Virus record (IMG/VR): IMGVR_UViG_3300020138_000004
Location: 1 to 40,649 of that record
Origin: a virus
Direction: 5' to 3' (one strand)
Length of the DNA: 40,649 nucleotides
Within the stretch, counting starts at the first letter, position 1, and each line of letters opens with the position of its first letter. A model generated the notes under the pieces. It was not told where the DNA came from. It saw only the letters and a list, made by a program, of their open reading frames with translations, and searched no databases. Positions 15,466 through 25,593 of the stretch are shown here, piece by piece. A program made the translations under genes and the position numbers.

Positions 15466-17507
15466 ATATCCGGGCCTTTCTGGACTTCTTCAAACCACGT
15501 CCCCATAGTGAAGTTCTGCCCCAGTTCATCGCCAGACCACGTATATTCGTAAAATCGTCCTGCAACAGGCTCTTCAATTTTCAATGTCTGCTGCGATACC
15601 GCATAATCCAGATTATAGGTTGGGGTGACGGACTGGGGGTATAGATACCCCTTGGTATTGAAATTTATGACACCGGCCTGTTTGCTATCGGGAAGGATAC
15701 GAACGATATTTGTTGTCGGCTTTTCATACAAAATGCGGTTTGATGTCAGCTCGAAAGGCATTGGAGCACCATCAGCATCACTTCCATACTCATGCTGGTA
15801 TAGCCTTCCCACATTGATGAGGCGCGGGTTGACTAGCCTGACATTTGGGTATTCTGCGGCCGTTCTGTCCAACGTATCGACCCACCATGCAAAGGTCAGG
15901 ATATTGACCCTGACAACCCTGTTGGGCTCATTTGATGAGGCGTCGGGATAATGGAACCAGACCTCATTGAATTGCTTGTTGTACCAAGCGAAAATCTTCG
16001 ATTTTTGGCCCCAGTTGAGATTGCCGAAGACATATTTCAGGCAGGTTGATTGCTCCTGTGTATTGGCCGGGATGATTTCGACCGTGCCGCCCCGGTAGAA
16101 GTAAAAATTCTCCTGCCCCATCCAAAACGCCATACCCTTGACAGAACAGCGCGCCATGGGGGCTATCAATCCGATCGATTCATCAAGGGATGTGATCTGC
16201 CAGACAAAGGGAAGACCTATATAGCGCATGATATAGGTCTTAAATTCCGTAAAAATAAGGTTATAGTCCTTCACCGGGCAATGTGAAATAAATCGCCCGG
16301 CGCCTTCGATATCATCGTCATACACCTGATTTGTCGAAGACGATAACCAGACGGTAATATTATTCTGATCTGACGCGAAAATCCTGTTCTCTATTCCTCC
16401 TGCCCCAAATGTCACGACGATATTGTTGGAAACGAAGGCATAATTTATCGCCACAGGCGCGTTCTCGACCAGTTGCGGCGCCGATTCAGTGCTGCCAAAC
16501 CATTGATAGAGGCCACCTTGGTTGCCCGGCGTCATGATGATTGTGTTGCCGAAGCGATCGTCAAACCAAATTCGCGGATAATTTCGTGATGTCAGGCTTA
16601 CGAGGGCTGTTCCATACAAGCCGACCCCATACAATCCCGCTCCATACCCCTGCGCATTTGTTTCATTCACCTGCCCTACAGGGATTTCCGTGTAATATTC
16701 AACCGACGAACCGCCGCCTGCTATAACGGCGCTTGTTGCCTCTCCCAACGTCATGAAATCAAAGCTGTCTGGCTGGACATTTCTTATAATAAATTGCTTA
16801 TTGATTTCAACGGCCAAGATACCGCCAGTATCTTCCGCACCGTCAATTAAGACCCTGTCGCCATTTTTCCTGCCATGCGCTGCATGATCAAGAGTAAGAA
16901 GCCCTGATGTCCTGACAACCGCATTCCCTCCACCAGAAGCAGAAGATGTTGCCGTTTCTCCAGTATAGATTTTGTATTCCCCGATTCCTATTTCCCGGAT
17001 CAGAAAATCGCCATTTAAAGCGCCGGAAGAAACACCTGCAAATCCTACAGCCCCGCTGATGCTTATTGTATCTCCGACCTCATAAAGATCTGTTTCCGGA
17101 TCGTCTATCCAGACAAACATATCACCGGCATCCGCCCTTATGGGGTCTGTTGCGAGTGCGCCATAATGCGTAGATAAAGAATCTCCGGCGGAAACGGCCG
17201 TGTCTTGAATAGGTGTTATATTCGATAGGCGTGATCCGATAAGAGAATAAAGTTTCTCATTCGATCCCAGAATCGTATAATATTTTCCGTTAATAAAATC
17301 AGTATAAAGCGACCTGACAACGCCGGCTATCGTATCGCCATAGTCAAACAATATTGACAGCCACCCTCCAATTTTCTGGGGCTTTCCGTTGTAATCTCTG
17401 ATTTTGTCCGAATAAACATAATGACTCGTGGATACGGGCGTCATATCTGTTGGGGGTTGTACACCGGGAGTAATATTGATAGGCCTTAAAGCGCTTTGAG
17501 CAGGCAT
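15462..17507 (-). CDS. Large tail structural protein (681 aa; nozzle/tubular-B-like by position)
   Basis: Track ORF 15462..17555 trimmed to ATG 17507 (TAATG overlap with the upstream stop). Size and position suggest a podovirus tail hub, but no motif was recognised. Confidence 0.55.
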   Translation of the reverse strand: MPAQSALRPINITPGVQPPTDMTPVSTSHYVYSDKIRDYNGKPQKIGGWLSILFDYGDTIAGVVRSLYTDFINGKYYTILGSNEKLYSLIGSRLSNITPIQDTAVSAGDSLSTHYGALATDPIRADAGDMFVWIDDPETDLYEVGDTISISGAVGFAGVSSGALNGDFLIREIGIGEYKIYTGETATSSASGGGNAVVRTSGLLTLDHAAHGRKNGDRVLIDGAEDTGGILAVEINKQFIIRNVQPDSFDFMTLGEATSAVIAGGGSSVEYYTEIPVGQVNETNAQGYGAGLYGVGLYGTALVSLTSRNYPRIWFDDRFGNTIIMTPGNQGGLYQWFGSTESAPQLVENAPVAINYAFVSNNIVVTFGAGGIENRIFASDQNNITVWLSSSTNQVYDDDIEGAGRFISHCPVKDYNLIFTEFKTYIMRYIGLPFVWQITSLDESIGLIAPMARCSVKGMAFWMGQENFYFYRGGTVEIIPANTQEQSTCLKYVFGNLNWGQKSKIFAWYNKQFNEVWFHYPDASSNEPNRVVRVNILTFAWWVDTLDRTAAEYPNVRLVNPRLINVGRLYQHEYGSDADGAPMPFELTSNRILYEKPTTNIVRILPDSKQAGVINFNTKGYLYPQSVTPTYNLDYAVSQQTLKIEEPVAGRFYEYTWSGDELGQNFTMGTWFEEVQKGPDM

Positions 17508-18043
17508 TAGGCAGTTCGTCTCCAGATATAAACGGTGATATATGGTTGCATCCACGGCATAGGCGTGGCCGTTTCTTGGTTAGCGGCAATAGATGTGCTG
17601 TAATTTCCCGTACCGTCGGCAAGACAGTTCGCACCGCCCGTTCGGCCCACTTGACTCCACGCCTGTGAAGCGTGCTGGTGCGGCCCCACCTCGGCCGTGG
17701 TTTGGGTATGCTGATACTCGCCGCCCGTGTCTCCGGCCGTAAATGTTTCTTCATGAGCGTTGATGTCCGTCCCGGTCCCCGCACCAAGAATTACGCGCCC
17801 TTGTCCGAATGAGGCCCAAGTTCCATAGCCTAGAAGTGTTCCCGGGTTTGTCCCGTCATCGGCATTGAAATAGAGCGACCCGACAGGCAACTGCCCCGCC
17901 ACATCGGCAACATTCGATATGGCTTTCATCGTTGAATCGATGATGTCCATATCCTGATTGAGCATGCCGCCCCACAGATCTTGATCTGTGGGATCGTTTA
18001 CACCCGGCTTGATTAAGCCATAATTCGGCGTATTCGTAGCCAT
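17507..18043 (-). CDS. Tail-collar-domain fibre-like protein (178 aa)
   Basis: N-terminal NYGLIKPGVNDPTDQDLWGGMLNQDMDIID is typical of fibre N-termini. LPVGSLYF...GTLLGYGTW...GEYQHTQTTAEVGPHQH resembles the phage tail collar domain. Confidence 0.6.
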   Translation of the reverse strand: MATNTPNYGLIKPGVNDPTDQDLWGGMLNQDMDIIDSTMKAISNVADVAGQLPVGSLYFNADDGTNPGTLLGYGTWASFGQGRVILGAGTGTDINAHEETFTAGDTGGEYQHTQTTAEVGPHQHASQAWSQVGRTGGANCLADGTGNYSTSIAANQETATPMPWMQPYITVYIWRRTA

Positions 18044-18051
18044 CTATAGCC

Positions 18052-18264
18052 TTACGACGCGCTAATGGCGACCAATGTGTCACACCGCAGCCAGTCGGCC
18101 CCGTTGCTAAAGGCAACGACAGGGTTGCCGGCGGCGCCGTTTGAAACATAAATCACGCCTGTTTTAAGCTTTGCGGCCGAAGGGGCCGTCGCCACGGTAT
18201 ATTCATGAAGCTGAACAGCCCCAAGACGGCGAATGCCACCAAGTGTAGGTGCGCCTGAACTCAT
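18052..18264 (-). CDS. Small structural-block protein (70 aa)
   Basis: ORF with consistent spacing in the tail block. No motif recognised. Confidence 0.45.
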   Translation of the reverse strand: MSSGAPTLGGIRRLGAVQLHEYTVATAPSAAKLKTGVIYVSNGAAGNPVVAFSNGADWLRCDTLVAISAS

Positions 18265-18273
18265 TTAAATCTC

Positions 18274-18915
18274 CTATGTAAGAAGGGTTGAACTAAGAAC
18301 CAAAGAGCCAGACGCGTTAGCCTTTTTAGTCATTGTCTGGAGTTCTTTGTATTCGTCTTGAGCAGCATTTCTGAAATACTGCTCCATCTTTTCATCCTGC
18401 CGGAACTCGGCGATTAGATTCGCGCAGGTCCATAAGGTGAGAAGCCTTGAAGCGTAAATTGTGAAGTCATTGGTGCTGCTGCTATCCACAAGGTCCGGAT
18501 ATTGCTTGAGATAGTGGCAGTTGATTTGATAGTTTCGGTCAGGCTTCGGATACAGGACATAGTCCGTCCCGACACGGGCATACATTCTTGGCAATCCAAA
18601 TCCATTGAGGAGATAGATATTGTCGTATTGCAGCTGCGTCAGCTTCTTGAGCGGATAACGCATTGCGGAATATTCGATATTGAACCCGTCGTTTTCCGTG
18701 GATGGTACCAAAAAATCAGCCGGTAGCGGAATGACCGCATCCTGATCAACGGCTATGGATGCTGCATATCCTTCGTTGAACCAAAAACGCTTGTATTTCC
18801 AATACCTGATAGTGTCGTTAATGGCAGAGGCTACGTCCGGCTCGCTTACAGCCGTATGGTCGGGATCGAGGAGCCGCTTTGATACCGCCGTCTGTATCTG
18901 ACCGAACGTAGCCAT
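18274..18915 (-). CDS. Head-tail adaptor / tail tubular-A-like protein (213 aa)
   Basis: The call rests on position only, downstream of the capsid and decoration-like genes. No motif was recognised with certainty. Confidence 0.4.
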   Translation of the reverse strand: MATFGQIQTAVSKRLLDPDHTAVSEPDVASAINDTIRYWKYKRFWFNEGYAASIAVDQDAVIPLPADFLVPSTENDGFNIEYSAMRYPLKKLTQLQYDNIYLLNGFGLPRMYARVGTDYVLYPKPDRNYQINCHYLKQYPDLVDSSSTNDFTIYASRLLTLWTCANLIAEFRQDEKMEQYFRNAAQDEYKELQTMTKKANASGSLVLSSTLLT

Positions 18916-18925
18916 CTATTAACCT

Positions 18926-19399
18926 TTAGTTAGTAGGCTGGTCATAGACCACGCCAACATTAAAGGTAATGGTGCCTTCGGCCTCGGTGGCATTGACATC
19001 GTTTTCCACGGCCAGCCAACCATTGCCAGTTGTGACAAGGGTCATGCCTGCTGTTTCGTCAATGGTAAGCCAACCGCCCGTCTGCCCGGCAGTAGAGCCG
19101 GAGACAAATGCATCCACATCGTCTGTGCCTTGATCACTGTCTTGGTAGATAATCCCTAAATTCAGGAGAGAATCCGTACCATTATCAATGTCTGTCGTGT
19201 GTACAGACTTGTCGTTGATGACAAATCGCGCACCGGCATTGAAAGGAACAAGACCAATGAATGCGCCTGCCGCTGTGCCGGATGGAACGGTAACTGTTCC
19301 AGCGGCTTGGCGGAGTGCGCCTGACTTGTCGGCCTTGACGTTCAGGTAATCAGTGTAATTGTTCTGAAAACCAGTAGGTACTACTGTAGGTGTCGTCAT
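18926..19399 (-). CDS. Capsid-associated (decoration-like) protein (157 aa)
   Basis: It lies immediately downstream of the major capsid gene and is Gly/Thr/Asp-rich and beta-like. Function is inferred from position only. Confidence 0.4.
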   Translation of the reverse strand: MTTPTVVPTGFQNNYTDYLNVKADKSGALRQAAGTVTVPSGTAAGAFIGLVPFNAGARFVINDKSVHTTDIDNGTDSLLNLGIIYQDSDQGTDDVDAFVSGSTAGQTGGWLTIDETAGMTLVTTGNGWLAVENDVNATEAEGTITFNVGVVYDQPTN

Positions 19400-19409
19400 T
19401 TAAGCCTCC

Positions 19410-20528
19410 TTATGAATGCGGTGCGGCATAGGTTGCGATCACGAACACACCGATGTCCTGAGAGTTGGAAGCCACGGTTTTCTTCAAGCCGTAGATCATC
19501 CGCCCCTCAAGGCCTTTGAAATATTCGTAGTCTTTGAGTTGATCGAAGTAGCGAAGGGCCGATTTTTCCGTCGGTTTTCCGAAGGGAGAGCCGTAGGTCA
19601 GGGCGTCCTTGCCAACAAGAACGGCGCGGCGCACCGTCGTAATGACGGCGGACGAGTCGGAGCGAACACCATAGGCCACACGCGGGGCGGAATAGATATT
19701 CACGCGGCCATACTGGCCCAGACATGGCATCGTCTGGAACATATCGCCTTCAAGCTGGTCGTATTTACCGGAGGTCGCGTAAGCCAGGGCCTGGTTGAAC
19801 CACTGGATTTTACCCGACGTATCCTGCTTCAGATCGGTGAATTGCTCAGGAGACACATACAAATCGAATGTGTCATCCGCGAACATCTTGATCGGCTGGT
19901 CAGAGCGGTCGATAGATTCCAGCGCAAAGTCGATCAGATCCAGAGTCATCGTATTTGACGATCCAAGAGACTGATCGTTTGCCACGCCGCCGGCACGCAG
20001 AACGCGGTCAGACGTCGGTGCAGGAGGCACGTTATGCCCCGTAACAAAAAGACGGTTTCCGCCCGTATAGGTCGTGCCGTTGATTGTGAGGGAGGTTGGA
20101 TAAGCGCCTGCCAATTGATAGAAGCAGGACGTATCTACGAGTTCCATATGACGCGACGGAATCAGTTTGCGGGTACGCTCGGGGAAATCCACAAGGGTGC
20201 GCTGCTGCTCGATCGTGTCATCGTTCGGGTTAAGAACGCCGATACGGGTTACGTTGATTGCCATGGAAAACGATCCAAGGTTCAGGGCTTCCTCGTTACC
20301 GTCAAGGGTTCCACCCTCGCCGATCGGCATGCCCGTAAGCTTGTTCGTATAGTCGTAGGTGATTTGGTCGCCGCGGCCGCGCTGTCCTTCGAACTCATCG
20401 GCATAGTGTACTGCGCCGCGAGAAAACAGGTGACCAAAGGCGGTGCGCTGACCGGGGTTGACCCAGTCTTCGGTTGCCCACAATTTGCGCGTAAGCGCGT
20501 TTGTGGACAGCATTTGTGTGCTGGCCAT
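19410..20528 (-). CDS. Major capsid protein (N4-gp56-like family, from memory)
   Basis: 372 aa. The N-terminal pattern LWATEDW...FGHLFS...RGDQITYDYTNKLTGMPIGEGGTLDGNEEALNLGSFSMAINVTR matches my recollection of the N4-gp56 capsid family. It follows the scaffold gene. Confidence 0.8.
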   Translation of the reverse strand: MASTQMLSTNALTRKLWATEDWVNPGQRTAFGHLFSRGAVHYADEFEGQRGRGDQITYDYTNKLTGMPIGEGGTLDGNEEALNLGSFSMAINVTRIGVLNPNDDTIEQQRTLVDFPERTRKLIPSRHMELVDTSCFYQLAGAYPTSLTINGTTYTGGNRLFVTGHNVPPAPTSDRVLRAGGVANDQSLGSSNTMTLDLIDFALESIDRSDQPIKMFADDTFDLYVSPEQFTDLKQDTSGKIQWFNQALAYATSGKYDQLEGDMFQTMPCLGQYGRVNIYSAPRVAYGVRSDSSAVITTVRRAVLVGKDALTYGSPFGKPTEKSALRYFDQLKDYEYFKGLEGRMIYGLKKTVASNSQDIGVFVIATYAAPHS

Positions 20529-20714
20529 TGTATGGTTCCTTTGATGTTGAAAAGTTAAAGTTGCTGATCAACCGCCAAAGGTTTTTGTAAGGGCCTTGAG
20601 TCCCCTATCCGTGACGTGGACGAGTCGTAGTGCGGAGGGCTTGACGTTGCCGGACGGTGGATTTTACAGACATCCACAAACCTGCCGTTAAGGTGGCGAG
20701 CCTAAAAGAAGCCC

Positions 20715-21554
20715 TTATTCGATAGGCAAGGACTTCATAATTCTCATGCGTTCAGCCAAGGGAATCTTGGCGTATTCACTGGCTGGAAGGTCGGCAAGGG
20801 CGGCGGGCGTCATTTGGGCGCGTTCGCCTGCGCCTTTGGCGCCCGCGGTTCCAGCATTCCTGCGTTTGTTGGCCGCGATTTTATTAAGGTCGGGCTTCAA
20901 TTCTTCCTGCACGGATTCTTCCTGCTTCGGGATCGACTTAAATCCCATGCGCTTGCCATCGAGATACATCTTCTCAATAGGGTTGTATCCCTTGGCTTTA
21001 TGATTGGCCGCAATCTCCAGCAATTTCCGGCGCGTTGCTTCTAAAAGCTGGTCATGCCCGTAATCAGGGTTGTCAGCCTGTAATCCGCGGTAGATCGTTG
21101 CCTTATATTGCAGGGAAACGTCATCGAAATCTTCAGGGGCCGACTGTTTAAAGTCCTGCTCCATGGCAACAACAGCTCTTTCTGCCGCCTCATAGCGTTT
21201 TTCAAGCTTGATTTGCTCAAGCTCATAATCAGTTTGAGGAGCCTCAACTTCTTCTTGTTCTGGCTCTTGAGGCTTTTGCGCCTTCAGCTCAGCGATTTGC
21301 CGTTCCAGATCATCGGCCCGGCGCCTCTCAGCCTCTTTTTCCAGCCTCAAACGGCGATAGCCAGATGCATCGAGTTCCTCTTCCTTGGGCTTTTCTTCTG
21401 CCTCGGTGGGCTCTTCCTCTTCTTCCGGTTCTGCCGTTTCTTCTGCCTCGGCGGGTGCTTCCGCAGTATCCTCAACGACTTTTTCTTCTTCTTGAGTTAA
21501 CGCCTCAAGTTCTTTTTTAATTTCTTCAGCTTCTTCTCGCAGTGCTTTTGTCAT
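20715..21554 (-). CDS. Scaffolding protein
   Basis: 279 aa, extremely Glu/Lys/Ala-rich coiled coil. It lies between the portal and capsid genes. Confidence 0.7.
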   Translation of the reverse strand: MTKALREEAEEIKKELEALTQEEEKVVEDTAEAPAEAEETAEPEEEEEPTEAEEKPKEEELDASGYRRLRLEKEAERRRADDLERQIAELKAQKPQEPEQEEVEAPQTDYELEQIKLEKRYEAAERAVVAMEQDFKQSAPEDFDDVSLQYKATIYRGLQADNPDYGHDQLLEATRRKLLEIAANHKAKGYNPIEKMYLDGKRMGFKSIPKQEESVQEELKPDLNKIAANKRRNAGTAGAKGAGERAQMTPAALADLPASEYAKIPLAERMRIMKSLPIE

Positions 21555-21563
21555 CTTGGCTCC

Positions 21564-23705
21564 TTATATCGTGACATTTGCTTGGGTATAATTTCCGGAA
21601 CGAATGAGATCATTCTCAAGTCCTTTATTAGCGGCTTCTTCAAGAGTTCTGGCAGTTTCCGCCTGCCCTTTAACCTGACTGACCGCCATATCAGACAGCG
21701 TTTTTTCGGCGGAAGCGTTGTTCTTCCTGACTTCACTCTCAACCTTGGCCACCTGCGCATGCGTGAGTTGAGATTGAAGTTGTTCGATCTGCGCTTGTAA
21801 CTGCTGGACAACCTGCATAGGCACCATGTCCTGCGGCTGGAGGATGCGGGATAGACGGTTTCTGACATCTCCATCCAGTCCGGGGAGAAGTTGGATCGCT
21901 TCCATGTGAAAGGCTTTGGCGGTGGCGGCATCGCCAATAGACAGGTACTTGTCCCCCATCGCTGCAATTCCGCTTGCCGTTTCCTGCCTGTCTTCCGGCG
22001 TTTCGGGCGCTTCCATGATGGAAACATCATATTCCGGCGCAAACATGTCTTCAGTCACTTGTAGAAAAACATCGGCTCCGTCTTCCCCGGTTACGCGGAG
22101 CAGCATGCCGTTATTGTTCTGCACCCAGACACGAATCAGATCGCCATTCAGGCGCGCATCCTCTTTCTGATAGAGGGTCACGGAATCGAAATAGCGGGCC
22201 ATCTTGGAAATGACCTGACGGATGCGGCGCTTGTAAAGAATGCCGCTCTGATCTTCTCGCTCCATGTCACCCACGAAGGAAGGATCAACGCCCGCCGAAG
22301 CAATCCCCTGCTCGGACAAGGTGATGATGTTTTCCAGCCCAGTAGGAAGGGCGGGGCGGGTTTTCTCTTGGATGCGCTGTTGGACCAAGGCGCCGTCTTC
22401 CACGACAATTACGGCATCCGTACGGGCGACCTTGTTCTCGAATTCCTGCACATCCTCAACGGCGCCGCGTTCCAGCATCCAGCCGCCTTTGGAATTGGTC
22501 GCGATCGTGAACATCAATTCTGTCAGCGCTTTGTTGTAGTAGCGCTGCGGGTCCATCATGGAATTGACCATGCCGGTCCAGATTTTTTGCGACGGGTTAA
22601 AAACTCCCGTCTTGAACTTGATAGAGAATCCCTGCTGGCAGATGGATTTGAAGTGGTTAAAGACGTGATTGCCGGAATAGACGGCTGTGTAAAACACTTT
22701 TCTCGTAAAGCCGACGGGATTAATCAGGTCGCCGAATTCTTTGACCAGTATTCTTTTGGTCTTTTCATCGAAGACCAACTCTTCGGCCGTCGGGTCCATG
22801 CGGAACATGTCATAGGTCTGCGCATTTTCCGGACCGACTTCCCCGGTGTCCTGCGCGATAATCTCTAATCTGGCCCTGAAATACAGCGCGGCGTCTATAT
22901 CATCCGTTTCGTAAATAGGATTTTTTGCCTTATAGAAAGTCTCATATTCAAACCATTGGTGGTTATAAACGCGCACCATGTTCTCTTCCTTGGAAACCCA
23001 TTCCGCGGAATCGTCATAACGTATCTTGTCGTACAATCCGCCCCAGGGATTCCAGACATAGCCCCTTTCATCGGCGGCTACATTATCCACTGACTGAAAA
23101 TCATCAGGTTCCGAACCTTGGAAAAGGTCTAAAGCATCCTGCAAGGGATAATCATCAAAGTAATAGGCCCAGCGTGCATCCAGAAGGTTCTTCGCCGTAG
23201 CGGTAGGGTCCCATCCCGTCCTTTTCGGATCGAGGCGAACCTTGATAATCTCGCCGTTCGGGTCGGTCGTGGAGTTTCCCACGATATAAGACAGGTCCGT
23301 TTCCGTGGCGCCGTAACCACAGATCATCATATCTGCGTCCTGATCCGTCTCAACCTGATCGGCGTTGGCGTTTTCCCTGTGGAAACTATAAAGCGCATTC
23401 ATATTCTTGGAATATATCTGCTGCTCTTCTTTGGCGTTGAGACGGGCAATGTATTTGGCCTGCCGGCGGTTCTGCGCCATAAACCCGACAACAGCATCAA
23501 CATTCGACTGGACCTTGTTAAAGTTCACCGTCGCGCGTTTCCGGCGCCCCGTAGAGTCGATGAACTGGATACGGTCCTCATAAGTCATCTGATCGCCGTT
23601 GTAGAACGCAAAACAGGCATCGGTATTGTCGTATTGCGGCGACAGGCTTCGCCTTGTGGATTCCCTCTGTTTGCGCAGTTTCTCGGTCAGGCCAAGATTA
23701 GCCAT
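21564..23705 (-). CDS. Portal protein
   Basis: 713 aa. It lies directly after the large terminase (shared-base junction) and before the scaffold gene. Confidence 0.75.
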   Translation of the reverse strand: MANLGLTEKLRKQRESTRRSLSPQYDNTDACFAFYNGDQMTYEDRIQFIDSTGRRKRATVNFNKVQSNVDAVVGFMAQNRRQAKYIARLNAKEEQQIYSKNMNALYSFHRENANADQVETDQDADMMICGYGATETDLSYIVGNSTTDPNGEIIKVRLDPKRTGWDPTATAKNLLDARWAYYFDDYPLQDALDLFQGSEPDDFQSVDNVAADERGYVWNPWGGLYDKIRYDDSAEWVSKEENMVRVYNHQWFEYETFYKAKNPIYETDDIDAALYFRARLEIIAQDTGEVGPENAQTYDMFRMDPTAEELVFDEKTKRILVKEFGDLINPVGFTRKVFYTAVYSGNHVFNHFKSICQQGFSIKFKTGVFNPSQKIWTGMVNSMMDPQRYYNKALTELMFTIATNSKGGWMLERGAVEDVQEFENKVARTDAVIVVEDGALVQQRIQEKTRPALPTGLENIITLSEQGIASAGVDPSFVGDMEREDQSGILYKRRIRQVISKMARYFDSVTLYQKEDARLNGDLIRVWVQNNNGMLLRVTGEDGADVFLQVTEDMFAPEYDVSIMEAPETPEDRQETASGIAAMGDKYLSIGDAATAKAFHMEAIQLLPGLDGDVRNRLSRILQPQDMVPMQVVQQLQAQIEQLQSQLTHAQVAKVESEVRKNNASAEKTLSDMAVSQVKGQAETARTLEEAANKGLENDLIRSGNYTQANVTI

Positions 23706-25222
23706 TAAAACTCCATCCAGCTTTGCGGTTCAGGTTTTGGCCGCATGGCCTTTTCCACCATGTTCATGGCCGGACGCGGGAATGACAGCATGAGGTCGGC
23801 CTCATAGACCCGGCTCTTGGCATCCATCAGGTCATCATGCCTTGCACGAGGGAATGTGTTCATTTCGTTAATAAATTCCTTAACAAGATCGAATTGCCGC
23901 CCTTCCCCATCCACGTACAAAAGCGTTTGCGGGAAATACCATCGGCCATTTTCCATGTCGGGTATCAATTTGCGAATGCGCTCTTCCTTCTGCATCGAGC
24001 CGCCAAGCTCAATCAGGGGAAAATGGTAAGCATCCATATTCTGTTTTTCGCGGATATAGTGGGTATCCGTCATCATACCGTATTTTTCGTAGCCGACTTT
24101 TGGCGGTTTCCCAGTCAGCCCGTTCCATTTGCGGTGCATCATAAAGAGCGTCTCAACACGCTCTGTCGGATTCAGCCTGTCTCTTATGCCATCCAGCCAA
24201 TAGTAGTTATTATCCGGAGCCAGACCGATCACATCAAACACCGTCCAGTCGGACAATTTGCGTTTCTTCTTGTTGATTTCCTCGCCGCCCGCAGGATCGA
24301 CAAGGATGCACAGATTCATGGTCTTTGGCTTGACGGCGCCGGGATTGTAATATTGTAGCCAGCCTTCCTTGAACTCGCCGCCGCCCACAGGGATAGGCTC
24401 CTGCATGTACTGCCCTGAAAAGTGATAGGTCCCGAGATCAACCTTAAGCTTGTCCAAAGCTTCCTTACCAAGGCGCGGGGTCAAATAACTCCCTTCGTCC
24501 ATCTCCCATGACTTGCCGCGAAAATCTATTTGTATTCGTTTAGGCGCAAAGGCTGGTAGTTTCAGAAGCGTATAGCCGCCATCCTTCAGTAAATCTCCCG
24601 TCGGGTCGGCCTCATGAAGCCTTTGCATGATCATCACGAAGCGCCGATTTTTATAATCATTAAACCGGGAAAACAGGGTTGACCTGATCTCATTGATGGC
24701 ATTAACCCGGATCGTATCGGAAACCGCTTCCTTCGGATTTATTGGATCGTCAATAATCAGTGTGTTGCAGCCGAAGCCCGTGATGGTTCCGCCGATCCCG
24801 GTTCCCTTGTATTGCCCGGCTTTGGTGGTTGTAAAATAGTCTTTTTTGTCCTGATCTTCGGAAATATTCGTTGCGAACAACTCCCGATACCAGTCCGAGC
24901 GTATGATTTGCCGCGCGCGCATGACATTGCGCTCTGCCAGCATATGGGCATAAGACGCCCCAATAAACTGGTGGTGAGGCTCTTTCCCCAATACCCATGC
25001 AGGGAATATCTGCGCCACCTGTACGGATTTTAACGTCCGCGGCGGCTCGTTAATGATCAGGTCCTGTATTTCGCCTGCATAAAGCGCTTCCAAATATTCA
25101 CTGATCGCCCCGATATGCCAGTTATACTCAAACTCTACGCCCGGCTCCAAAACTCCAAAGGCCTTGCATGTGAATGTCTCCAGATTCTCCCTGCATATCG
25201 CTTGGAGAAGATCGGGAGTCAT
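23705..25222 (-). CDS. terL: Terminase large subunit
   Basis: ATPase-like motifs EPPRTLKS and NTLIIDDP. The C-terminal nuclease-like segment contains LCILVDPAGG and RHDDLMDAKS. Size is 505 aa and the portal gene follows. Confidence 0.85.
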   Translation of the reverse strand: MTPDLLQAICRENLETFTCKAFGVLEPGVEFEYNWHIGAISEYLEALYAGEIQDLIINEPPRTLKSVQVAQIFPAWVLGKEPHHQFIGASYAHMLAERNVMRARQIIRSDWYRELFATNISEDQDKKDYFTTTKAGQYKGTGIGGTITGFGCNTLIIDDPINPKEAVSDTIRVNAINEIRSTLFSRFNDYKNRRFVMIMQRLHEADPTGDLLKDGGYTLLKLPAFAPKRIQIDFRGKSWEMDEGSYLTPRLGKEALDKLKVDLGTYHFSGQYMQEPIPVGGGEFKEGWLQYYNPGAVKPKTMNLCILVDPAGGEEINKKKRKLSDWTVFDVIGLAPDNNYYWLDGIRDRLNPTERVETLFMMHRKWNGLTGKPPKVGYEKYGMMTDTHYIREKQNMDAYHFPLIELGGSMQKEERIRKLIPDMENGRWYFPQTLLYVDGEGRQFDLVKEFINEMNTFPRARHDDLMDAKSRVYEADLMLSFPRPAMNMVEKAMRPKPEPQSWMEF

Positions 25223-25593
25223 GCGCGCATCAGCCTCTCAGCGCAGCCGATTACAGTCTTTAGGGGTTGCCGCATTGTCCCGGTGTCTTCTTTTCTGTCC
25301 CAGGACATATGCCACTCCTCGGGCCCGGGAAAGGTGACCCGGAGCCCGCGATCTATGTGGGGCTTCAATACCTCCAAAAGAGCCGCTTCGGTCGTAATCT
25401 TTGCCGGCGGCTTTGTCATCAGGCGCGCATCGTACTGGGGCATTACAGGCGGGATTGACGGCTTGGGCAGCGCATCGGCCTGCTTGATGGCAATCTCCTG
25501 CCTTAGCTGTATATCCGTCTTGGCAAAGATGTCAGAGATGCCATAGCCCTGAGCAATTGCCCGGAGCTGGTGCAAAGATTTTCCCTCAAGCAT
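25219..25593 (-). CDS. Rho_N/SAP-like motif protein, paralogue 2 (candidate small terminase component)
   Basis: It has an N-terminal LHQLRAIAQGYGI motif. The C-terminal LLEVLKPHIDRGLRVTFPGPE resembles VLEALGPLANKEGFDIKFPGDN of the upstream ORF. It is ATGA-coupled to terL. Confidence 0.45.
   Translation of the reverse strand: MLEGKSLHQLRAIAQGYGISDIFAKTDIQLRQEIAIKQADALPKPSIPPVMPQYDARLMTKPPAKITTEAALLEVLKPHIDRGLRVTFPGPEEWHMSWDRKEDTGTMRQPLKTVIGCAERLMRA

Noticed and set aside
20529-20714. 186-bp gap between the scaffold and capsid genes as an ncRNA or internal promoter
   Set aside because: Only a short hairpin (GTGGAT-N9-ATCCAC) and a distant 6-bp pairing were found, with no convincing promoter or terminator. 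It is probably a structured 5' leader, but I cannot support a feature.
21551-24358. Alternative-frame and antisense ORFs inside the portal and terL genes (for example 21551..22042, 22368..22868, 23837..24358)
   Set aside because: They are fully nested in long ORFs with clear packaging-gene identity, and their products look like arbitrary basic or hydrophobic strings.
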